The notes beneath the pieces are model-generated. The model saw nothing but the letters and a program-made list of their open reading frames with translations, had not been told where the DNA came from and did not search any database. Positions 54,928 through 64,000 of a stretch of 64,000 bases of DNA are shown piece after piece. Numbering within the stretch: the first letter of the stretch is position 1; each line of letters starts with the position of its first letter. Origin of the DNA: Thecamonas trahens ATCC 50062 (Eukaryota; Protista; Apusomonadida); assembly GCF_000142905.1 (NCBI RefSeq), contig NW_013657676.1:248001-312000 (forward strand). The letters are read 5' to 3'. Made by a program: the position numbers and the translations under genes.

Positions 54928-57155
54928 ATGCGTGCTGTGGTGGTCTGCATGGTGCTGGTGGCGCTGGCGAGCCTGTGGGCGGTGCCTGCTGCGGCGGTGG
55001 CGTACGAGGCAAAGGTGTCTCGCGGCGTGTTCTCGGTGACGGCAGACGGAGCCGAGGTGGTCCCCGCGACGGCTGCAGGGAGTGCTGGCCTGCGCGGCGG
55101 CATGCAGTTTACGCTGCGGTCGACGGCTGTGACGGTGACCGGGGCCGAGGCCACGTACGCGGCCATGGCTGCGGCGGTGCCGGCAGCAACGCTGAGCGGG
55201 CTGACGGCGGCATCGTGTGCCGAGGTCATCCAGTTCCTGCCCTCGCTCTTCCTCTGCCGCTACGCCGACAACCTGCCGGCTGGTCGCTTTGTCCTGGGCT
55301 CGACCTCGGATGGATTTTCCTGCGAGGCCCTGCTCTCGGCGCCTGTCGAGAGCCTGGCCTGCAACCACAGCTCGGACACGAGCCGGAGCGTGAGTATGGT
55401 GCTGACGGCGGCGGATGCCGGTGTCGGGCAAGCGGCGTTTAGCCTCGACGCGGCGACGGCCGGCGCGCACGAGACCTCGTTTGTTGCGCTCGCCGGCGTC
55501 AAGGTCAAGGCCGGCGCTGTTGTATCGAGTGAGGCTACGGCCATTCGCAAGGCCAACGAGGACCGCCGCGACGAATCACGCCTCGCGGTTGTCTTCCTCT
55601 ACCTCTTCATTGCCGCCGCCATGACGGTCCTCGCCGTTCTCTGCGCCGTCTGGCAGGGCTGGCTCTACCCGGTCTTCCCTGCCCACGCCGAGTTCTGGTG
55701 GTTTGCGATTTTCTTCACCCTCATCCACCTCGTCTCGTGGGTGGGCGGCCTCGCCGGCTGGATTTGCATCCTCTCGCTTGTTGGCCTCTACATCCTGCTC
55801 ATGCCGGTTGTCTACCTCTGCATCCGCTGGCAGCACCGGCGGCTGCTCCGGCGCGCCGGCGTCACCGAGTACGAGCTCATCCGCAAGTACGGCGAGCAGG
55901 AGGAGTCCGAGACCGACGATGATGACTACGACTACGACGAGTCATCGTCCCAGACCGAGGCGGCAACTGCAAGTGCAACTGCAAGTGCAAGTGGAACTGC
56001 AACTGAGACCGAGGCCGAGACCGAGACCGAGACCGAGACGACCAACGCCACCGGCCGCGGAGCCGGCTCGGCGACGCCAGCGGAGCGCCTCGGCGAACCG
56101 CGGGCTGTCGGCTTTACTCAGCAGCCGGCCAAGCTCGGGCGGGCGCAGGGCTGGTGGCTCCTTTCGGCGACGCTCGCGTTTTCCTCTGCGGCGTCATGTG
56201 TGTCATCATCTTCTTCACCTGGTCGATCGACGACTACTACGTGTGGGACCGGCACGCATCGGCGCGGGTGGTTGAGTTTCAGCCCAAGTTGGTGGCCAAG
56301 ACCATCGGGGTTATCTACGCGTACGACACGTTTGCGACGGTGATGCGGATGGACTGGCTGCTGCAGGCGCAGACCAAGGCGTGTGGCGTGCTCTTCAAGC
56401 GGACGCTCAGCTCAGACTCGGAGAAGAAGAAGAAAATCCAGGACGCGTTCATCGACAAGTACTCGATCGACATGTCGATTTTTGATCGGCCGTCGTATAC
56501 CCAGTACTCTTCGGTCAACGACTGGTTCACCCGGTCGCTGGCTGCCGGCGCTCGGCCGGTTGTTGGCTCGCCCGGCGACGACATTGTCGCGTCGTCCGCT
56601 GATTGCCGCGCCGTGGTCTACGAGAGCGTGCCGGAGAACCTCAAGATCTGGCTTAAGGGTGAGGAGTTTACGGCAAAGGAGTTGCTGCACTACACGTCGG
56701 CGTCGCAGGACTTTGCCGGCGGGCCCATCGCCATCCTCCGCCTCGCGCCGGCCGACTACCACCGGACCCACGCCCCGATCTCAGGCACCATTACCAACCA
56801 GTACGCCGTCAAGTCGACGATTTACAGCGTCGGCGCCGACGCCATGCGCTCCAACAACGGCGCCATCTACAACACCCGCACTATCTCCATCATCGACTCG
56901 GGTCGCCCCGGCCGCAAGGTCGGCTTTGTGGCTATTGGCGCCACCTGCGTCGGCTCGGTCGTCATGCTCAAGGGCACCGGCGCGACGGTGACCAAGGGCG
57001 AGGACTTTTCCTACTTTCAGTTTGGCGGCTCGACCGTCGTCCTCACCTTCCCGCCCAACTCGATTGCCTTTGACGCCGACCTGCTCTACAACTCGCGCAA
57101 CGGCGTCGAGACGCTCATCACCATGGGCTCGCGCCTTGGGACGTGGACCAACTAG
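54928..57155 (+). CDS. Phosphatidylserine decarboxylase (GGST type) fused to signal peptide, ectodomain and ~4 TM helices; apparent frameshift at 56179-56182
   Basis: C-terminal YSSVNDWFTRSL..GARP, SSADCR, RLAPADYHRTH, AIGATCVGS, FQFGGSTVV. One added T joins the frames into a TM helix WWLLSATLAFFLCGVMCVIIFFTW. Confidence 0.85.
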
Positions 57156-57169
57156 TCGTTCGTCGCGCA

Positions 57170-58297
57170 TCACTGCTTAAAGTTGATCGAGTAGCCGCCC
57201 GTCGCAGGATCCTGCACCATCTGAAAGTTGTCAAGCGACATGCCAAACTTGCCGAGGATGGTGTTGCCCAGGTCCTTGAGCTTGCCCAGCGCCTCGGCCT
57301 TCTGGCGCTCCTCCTGCTCGGCCACAAGCGGCGGCAGACTGCGGAGCTTGGCCACCGCAGTCGGATTCTTGGGCTGCCGCTTGGCGACCTCGGTCCAGTC
57401 GTCGAGCGCTCCACGCAGCCTGTCGAGCGCCTCGCGGCACTTGGCCCGCCGCACGTATGCCTTGACGTACTCGGGATCGATCTTGAGTGCTGAGCTGCAG
57501 TCAGCCACGGCCTCCTCGTGGCGCTCCTGCAAGAGGTAGCACGCTGCGCGGTTGGAAAAGTACACCGCAGTCGCGGCCGAGCCCGGAGGCGCCGCCGCAA
57601 CCGCCTTGGTGTACCGATCAACCGCGTCGTCGAGCGCGCCAGCGCGGAACAGCTCGTTGCCCTCTTCTTTTAGCGCCAGCGCACGCTCCTCGGCCATCCG
57701 CGCTGCCTCGGGTGTCCAAACCTCCTCCACCTCGGCATTCGATCCCGCATCGCTATCATCGTTGTCAGCAAACGGATCTGGGCCGGACGGAGGCGGTGCA
57801 GGAGTGGTAGGGGATCCAGACGCAGGTGCAGCAGCGGTGGGTTCAGCCCCATCGGCCACAGCGTTCTCCGCATCTGCGCCACTGGCCAGTGTCCCCACCG
57901 TAGCGGCATCAGCCTCAGCATCCGTCGCGGAGACATCGGCCTCCAACTCGGTCGTAGCGGCATCGCAACAAGCATCCTCGGCCTCGGCCGCCTCGGCGGC
58001 ATCGACCACAGCATCCTCGGCCTCGGCCGCCTCGGCGGCATCGACCACAGCATCCTCGACCTCAGCGCCATCGACCACAGCATCCTCGACCTCAGCCCCA
58101 TCGACCACAGCATCCTCGACCTCGGCCCCATCGACCACAGCATTCTCGACCTCGGCGCCATCGACCACAGCATCCTCCACCTGGTCCGCCTCGTCTTCGT
58201 GAAGCTCGACGGCGTCATAGAAGACGTCATCGCCAGACGACTCCCCGTCAGACGACGACGGAAGGAGCTCAAACACGCCCTCGCGCTCCTTGTCCAT
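57170..58297 (-). CDS. TTC1: Tetratricopeptide repeat protein 1 with acidic repeat N-terminus
   Basis: LKEEGNELFRAG, YFSNRAAC, YVKAYVRRA, and LGKLKDLGNTILGKFGMSLDNFQMVQDPATGGYSINF C-terminus. Confidence 0.92.
   Translation of the reverse strand: MDKEREGVFELLPSSSDGESSGDDVFYDAVELHEDEADQVEDAVVDGAEVENAVVDGAEVEDAVVDGAEVEDAVVDGAEVEDAVVDAAEAAEAEDAVVDAAEAAEAEDACCDAATTELEADVSATDAEADAATVGTLASGADAENAVADGAEPTAAAPASGSPTTPAPPPSGPDPFADNDDSDAGSNAEVEEVWTPEAARMAEERALALKEEGNELFRAGALDDAVDRYTKAVAAAPPGSAATAVYFSNRAACYLLQERHEEAVADCSSALKIDPEYVKAYVRRAKCREALDRLRGALDDWTEVAKRQPKNPTAVAKLRSLPPLVAEQEERQKAEALGKLKDLGNTILGKFGMSLDNFQMVQDPATGGYSINFKQ
57970..58180 (-). repeat. 30/39-bp coding tandem repeats (AEVEDAVVDG / AEAAEAEDAVVD)
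   Basis: Repeated ccatcgaccacagcatcctcgacctc units on the + strand. Confidence 0.9.
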
Positions 58298-58537
58298 ACT
58301 CCCCCTTGTACGTATCAGACAAGTGTGACGGGGAAAATGGTGTGGGTCTGTGTCTGTATCGGCATCCGGAAGGGGGGGGGGGCCCGTTGCTGACGTCGAC
58401 GACAGGGCGATGGGGCCGAGGGGAGCACGGGTGGGAGGGGAGGGGCAAGGGGGAGAGTGAGGGGGCAAGACTCAACGCAGGCAGTGGATGGCGGGCGGAA
58501 GAGGCAAGAGCACAGCAGGAACAGTGGTGGCGGGAGC

Positions 58538-59667
58538 ATGGTCAAGGTGGTGCAGCTTGCTGTCGCCATCTACGTGGCTTATCTCGTCTACGGTGTGGCC
58601 CAGGAGCGGATCTACAAGACGCCGCGCGGCGACGATGGCGCCCGCTTCTCATACACCCTCTTTGTCGTCCTTGTCCAGTGCATCTTCAACGCATGCGTGG
58701 CGGCTGTGAGTACGTGGCTGCGGGGTGGGATGGGGAGGGGGGATCGGGAGGGGCAGTCGGCGAGGAGGTGGGGGGGGTGGGGGGGCGTTGGTGACGGGCA
58801 GGCGACTCAACTCACACGCCTCAACGGGTTGAATGCTCGGCTCGGGCACTGGGCGGCAGTGATGTGGTGGACGGATACGCCGGCAAACACGACGCCGCTG
58901 TACAAGTATGCGGCAATCGGCTTTACCTACATCGGGGCCATGTTCTGCTCCATCAACTCGCTCGTCTACGTCGACATGGTGACCCAGGTCGTGGCCAAGT
59001 GCTGCAAGCCGATTCCGGTCCTTCTCCTCGGCCTTGTCCTGTTTGGCAAGCGGTACACGGCGGAGCGGCTGGTGTGCGTGGTCATGCTCTGTGTCGGCAT
59101 TGCGTTTTTATGCTCTCCGACGCCAAGACCCAGTCCAAGATGGAGGCCAAGGGCAAGATCGTCTCGACCTGGACCGGCTGGCTCCTCCTCGGCATGTCGC
59201 TCTTCCTCGACGGGCTCACCGGCAACATCCAAGAGCGCGTCCGCGCAGCTCACAAGTGCACCACCTTTCAACTCATGTTCTACACCAACGTCATGGCGCT
59301 GGTCTACATCTGCATGGGGCTGGCGGTGACCCAGGACGCCGACGACGCCGTCGCCTTTATCATCGAGCACCCAGACACTGTCATCGACCTGCTAATCTTC
59401 TCGACGGCCTCGGCACTCGGCCAGATCGCCATCTTCCTCGCCCTCACCTCCCTCGGCGCCCTCCTCCTCACCATCATCACCACCACCCGCAAGTTCTTCA
59501 CCATCCTCCTCTCGCTCGTCTGGTTTGGCCACTCGCTTGCCTTTGGCCAGTGGATCGGCATTGCCGTCGTCTTCTCCGCCCTCGCCATTGACATTGCCGC
59601 CTCCAAGTTTGACTTTCGCATCACAGAGGTCCTCGGCCTCACCAAGCGCCGGATAAAGGCCGAGTAG
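58538..59667 (+). CDS. SLC35B1: SLC35B1/HUT1-type ER nucleotide(-sugar) transporter; intron 58710-58859; apparent frameshift at 59105-59109
   Basis: YGVAQERIYK, TQVVAKCCKPIPV, SLFLDGLTGNIQE, SALGQ..IF, IITTTRKFFTILLS, QWIG..VF. Confidence 0.9.
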
Positions 59668-59775
59668 TTGCGGCGCGGGGAGAAGGAGGAGAGGGGGAGG
59701 GGATGGGGTTGGTCGGTTTATCGGTCTCGAAGGTACCGCAGCCGCCATGAGCGAGCTGCCGATGCAAATCTGCAT

Positions 59776-60332
59776 CTAATCTTGGGCCTCTGGTTGGGCG
59801 ATGCCGCGGGCGCGGATGATGTCGTTGATGTCTGTGTCGCGGTGGGGTGGGCTGCGTGAGTGGGAGGGTGTGGGGGTGTGTGGGGGGGAGGAGGCGTAGC
59901 AAAGAGGGAGGCACAAGGTAGACATACTGGCAACGGGCTCAGGGCGGTTGGTAAAAGTCGAGTTGAGGGCGAGCGGGATGGCGATGCCTGTGTGCGTGAG
60001 GGTGAGGGTGAGTTGGCGAGGATGGGGAGGGGGGGGAGGCGGGACAGGGTGGAGGAGACGGACCGGGTGGCGGGGAAGGGAGAGACGGACAAAGGAGGGG
60101 AAGGGGGAGGGGAAGATGAGCATGGCTAGGGCACACACAGTGACAAGAGGGGGAGGGGAGGCAAGGCAGGCAGGGGGCGGGCGGGGAGGGAGGGAAGGGA
60201 GGGGGGGAGGGGGGGGGGAGGGGCCCAGCACGACGTACCCACAGCACCAAGGATGCAAGACCACATGACCACAGGCTCCTGCTGGAAGCCGACCTTCATA
60301 AAGTGCATAAAGCCTTGGGCACGCGCAGCCAT
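59776..60332 (-). CDS. Complex I accessory subunit NDUFA3/B9-like, 3 exons (60332-60239, 59987-59928, 59831-59776)
   Basis: Spliced ~69 aa product MAARAQGFMHFMKVGFQQEPVVMWSCILGAVGIAIPLALNSTFTNRPEPVANINDIIRARGIAQPEAQD; EPV..WS..LG.VG..IP single-TM pattern; canonical GT/AG sites in frame. Confidence 0.7.
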
Positions 60333-61029
60333 GTTGTCCTTTGTATGTGTGTGAAGAGAGGCGATACCCCTCCTCCTCCCCTTGCCCTCCCCGCCGCCGG
60401 TCGGTGGCTGGCGACCTGCCAACCACGCCAGCAACCCCCCTCCCTCNNNNNNNNNNNNNNNNNNNNNNNNNNNNNNNNNNNNNNNNNNNNNNNNNNNNNN
60501 NNNNNNNNNNNNNNNNNNNNNNNNNNNNNNNNNNNNNNNNNNNNNNNNNNNNNNNNNNNNNNNNNNNNNNNNNNNNNNNNNNNNNNNNNNNNNNNNNNNN
60601 NNNNNNNNNNNNNNNNNNNNNNNNNNNNNNNNNNNNNNNNNNNNNNNNNNNNNNNNNNNNNNNNNNNNNNNNNNNNNNNNNNNNNNNNNNNNNNNNNNNN
60701 NNNNNNNNNNNNNNNNNNNNNNNNNNNNNNNNNNNNNNNNNNNNNNNNNNNNNNNNNNNNNNNNNNNNNNNNNNNNNNNNNNNNNNNNNNNNNNNNNNNN
60801 NNNNNNNNNNNNNNNNNNNNNNNNNNNNNNNNNNNNNNNNNNNNNNNNNNNNNNNNNNNNNNNNNNNNNNNNNNNNNNNNNNNNNNNNNNNNNNNNNNNN
60901 NNNNNNNNNNNNNNNNNNNNNNNNNNNNNNNNNNNNNNNNNNNNNNNNNNNNNNNNNNNNNNNNNNNNNNNNNNNNNNGGGGGGGGGGGGGGAAGAGGGG
61001 ACACTCGACGCGCGTGGGCAGACCATACC

Positions 61030-61919
61030 ATGGGCAACAAATTGGTGAAGCAGCTGGACAAGGCCAAGAAGAAGGGCGAGAGGGTCATTGACTTGCATGG
61101 CAAGGGCATCTCCGACTTGCCTGACGAAGTCGGCCAGCTCGACGAGGTCCTCCTCCTCAACGTCTCCGCAAACTCGCTGAAGGATCTCCCGGACATGCTC
61201 GGCAACATGTCCTCGCTCACCTCGCTCAACGTCTCCCTCAACAAGATCACAGAGCTGCCCTCCACCATCACCCGCCTTCGCAACCTCGCCCGCCTCAACG
61301 TCGCGTATGCTCACTGCCGTACTCGCCCCCCCCCCCCTCCCACTCCCCCTCCACGCTCTCCCCCCAGCGCAGCTCGTTGCCTGCGGAGAGCTCCTTTTTG
61401 AAGCCATGGCGGCTTGCACACCACCCACTCACTCTCGATTGCTTGACTCTACAGATGCAACATGCTGCCGACGCTTCCTCGCGGATTTGGCGGCATGAAC
61501 GCCCTTGTCTTCCTTGATCTCTCCTGCAACAAGCTGACCGAGATCTCCAACCAGATCGGCCTGCTCAACACCCTGCACGAGCTCTACCTCTCCGACAACC
61601 TGCTTGAGGAGCTTCCCGAGGACATCGGCCGGCTGGAGAACCTGGAGATTCTCTACGTCACCAACAACCAGCTGACCTCGGTCCCGAGCACCATTGGCAA
61701 CCTCTCGCAGCTGCACGACCTCTCGCTGATGCAGAACGATCTCGTCGTCGTCCCCGCCGAGATCGGCTCACTCTCACAGCTCACCCTCCTCCGCCTCGGC
61801 GGCAACCCGCTCATCGACGAGATCAAGGAAAGTACATCGAGGGCGTCGAGGTCTTCAAGGAGTATCTCCAGTCCGACGCGTACGTTGAGGACGCCCGCGC
61901 CCATCTCGATGACTCGTGA
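61030..61919 (+). CDS. RSU1: Ras suppressor protein 1-like LRR protein; intron 61305-61454; apparent frameshift at 61829-61831
   Basis: LRRs including LPTLPRGFG and LYLSDN. The corrected C-cap NPLIDEIKEKYIEGVEVFKEYLQSDAY parallels the RSU1 C-terminal cap. Confidence 0.75.
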
Positions 61920-62028
61920 TGGCTTAGCCCTCTCTCTCTGCTTCTCTCTCTCTCCCCTCCTCTGCCACTCCAGGCGTACATACACAACAGCCCCTCCTCC
62001 CACTTTCTCTCTCTCTTACATTGCACGT

Positions 62029-63147
62029 TCACTGTGGCGCCCCAAAGAACGCACTCAGCTTCTTCACCCCTTCAGGTTCGTTTGCGACAGCCGCTTCTGC
62101 GCCGGTGTCATCTTGGACGCAGCCGACGCGGTCGAGCTCGACTTTTTGAATCCCTTGGAGTAGTCCTCCAGCGGTGCAATGTCGGCATCGGTTGCCGCCC
62201 CGCTGCTCGCGCTTGTCTTGGCCTTCTTGGCTGCTGCTGCCCGGTCGCCGCTCGTCGTCACCCCGGTCACTGCCTCGCTCAGCTTGGCAGCCCACGTCTC
62301 CGACACGTAGTCTGAGACCAGCGCGACGGCAAAGCCTGCAAGCTCGTCGCTCCGCTTGCGCTTCTTGTTGCGCGCCGACGACGAGCGGAAGCCTGAGACC
62401 GCCGCCGCAGACACCAACGCCATCTCGCTCGCCCCGAGTCATCGTCGTCGCCCTGCGCGCTCACCGCCGCCACCACCGCCTCGACCTTGGTCTTGAGCCA
62501 TGCGACCACACGCGCCTCGTCCAGCCGCCAAAGCGAGCTGTCATCGCCCACCGCCTCCTTGCCCTTGCGCTCGCACAGCGGGCTAAAGTCCGCCACCAGC
62601 GCCCCGAGCGTCCGCCCGAGCGCCGGGCACGACTCGCAACTGAGGATCTGGTCCCGTCGATGGAACGATGTCTCAATGCTCGGACACCGCTCCAGCACCG
62701 CCAGCATCAGAAACAGCGGATCAAATGGCGTTGCAGCATACATCTTGCCATCTACACCCTCCCCATGTCAGCCCCCGATGCCCCATGTCAGCCCCCAATG
62801 TCCCTCCCCTCTCCCGTCAGTCAGCCCGACGCAATGAATCTACACACATACACCGCCTCCACCCCCCCCTTCCTCCCCCCCCCTCCCCCATCCTCCCCTA
62901 CACCCTTGAACCGCCGCATACCTGTATGAACACGATCATTAACAAACCACGAGGCCTTGTCCTTGTGGGCCATGTACGCGTTGACCTCCATCAGCCGCGT
63001 TCCCCGCAGCAGGTAGTACACCAGGCGGTCATAAGCTCGCGGGTGAGGGAGCCGCAGCAGATGGCCTTGGCTGCTTCCTCCACTGGGCACCACCCACACC
63101 CGTCCGGATGGCAGCGGTGGTGTCGAGCTCACCACAGGGCCGGGCAT
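62029..63147 (-). CDS. RNASEH2B: Ribonuclease H2 subunit B; intron 62921-62752; two apparent 1-nt frameshifts (62432-62435, 62067-62070)
   Basis: LRLPHPR, SWFVND..DGKMYAATPFDPLFL, RLDEARVVAWLKTKV, C-terminal PIP box GVKKLSAFF. Confidence 0.9.
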
Positions 63148-63571
63148 GGTCGTCTCGACTCAGTGTCGGTGTCGTCTCGAGTGGGGTGCTCCGTGTGATG
63201 GGGCGGGGGGGGGGGGGCGAANNNNNNNNNNNNNNNNNNNNNNNNNNNNNNNNNNNNNNNNNNNNNNNNNNNNNNNNNNNNNNNNNNNNNNNNNNNNNNN
63301 NNNNNNNNNNNNNNNNNNNNNNNNNNNNNNNNNNNNNNNNNNNNNNNNNNNNNNNNNNNNNNNNNNNNNNNNNNNNNNNNNNNNNNNNNNNNNNNNNNNN
63401 NNNATCGTCCTCCTCCTCCCTCCCCCCCCCCCGCCCACCGCCCTGCGGATGGAAGTCCTTCGAATGACTCGTCCTGCCCGCCGCAAAATACCGGCCCGCC
63501 GCAAAATACCGCCTCCGCCCAATACGTTTGACAAGCGGACATCGTGGGTCACTCAACCACGGAAATTGGCC

Positions 63572-64000
63572 ATGGCTGGTCCTGCTCCTGGCCTCCCTCT
63601 CCCGGTCCCTGTTCCCACCACCTCCGCCCTTGCATCCTCCACCACCATCACAGACACTATGCTTGCCACTGCTGATGCCTCCTCGTCGGCATGCCCTTCC
63701 TCTGCCGAGCCCACTCCGCCGCTCCCGGCTCCTGTCCCTGCACATGATCCTGTCGGTGAGGACGGCCTGGCGCCATCCATGGCCGAGCCATGCCGGCAAC
63801 CGCTGGCGCCGCTGCCAGCACTGTGCTGCGTGGTTGCCTATTCGGATGTAGCGCCTCGCTTCCAGGCGGGCGTGCTCGATCAGGTCCGTGCCGCCTCGCT
63901 CGACGTCTTCTTCGAGTCCAAGTATGTCGACGAGGTGCCCACCCGTACCTCCGGCGCCTCCCGTTTCGCATGGCGCCTCGACCTTGTCTTTGACGCCGCC
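63572..64000 (+). CDS. Hypothetical protein, 5' part (runs off window)
   Basis: Frame from ATG 63572 is open to the window end (MAGPAPG...VRAASLDVFFESKYVDEV...AWRLDLVFDAA) and diverges from RNASEH2B. Confidence 0.55.
   Translation, partial: MAGPAPGLPLPVPVPTTSALASSTTITDTMLATADASSSACPSSAEPTPPLPAPVPAHDPVGEDGLAPSMAEPCRQPLAPLPALCCVVAYSDVAPRFQAGVLDQVRAASLDVFFESKYVDEVPTRTSGASRFAWRLDLVFDAA

Overview
GC-rich, very gene-dense eukaryotic (protist) draft sequence with six N-gaps and about 31 protein-coding genes. Most genes carry no intron or one short GT-AG intron near the 5' end, and those introns are rich in G or C runs and (CA)/(GT) repeats. The gene mix (DEK1-type multi-TM calpain, RSU1, sacsin, PTEN) and the compact layout resemble an apusomonad such as Thecamonas; this is inference only. 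Housekeeping genes: PTEN, eIF2D, MCEE, SCAMP, RecQ, ADA, RluA-type pseudouridine synthase, IMP4, MSH2, Rab7, PDI, YJU2, TTC1, SLC35B1, NDUFA3-like, RNASEH2B. The first 7.3 kb is a >2,400-codon sacsin-like ORF on the minus strand that the ORF track missed because it runs off the window. The best novelty candidate is an NLR-like protein at 23622-28346(-): putative myristoylation signal, Schlafen/AlbA_2 RNase domain with catalytic motif intact, STAND (NB-ARC) ATPase, TPR array and C-terminal TM helix. It lies head-to-head with an EF-hand/universal-stress-protein fusion. Other unusual architectures are PX-DJ1/PfpI-kinase, a multi-TM phosphatidylserine decarboxylase, a PSI-Trx-ERp29c PDI and a GPS2-like protein. 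Eight apparent frameshifts are all one base short in short homopolymers, probably sequencing undercalls. No rRNA, tRNA, CRISPR array or mobile element was recognised. All family calls come from motif recognition by eye; no searches were run.
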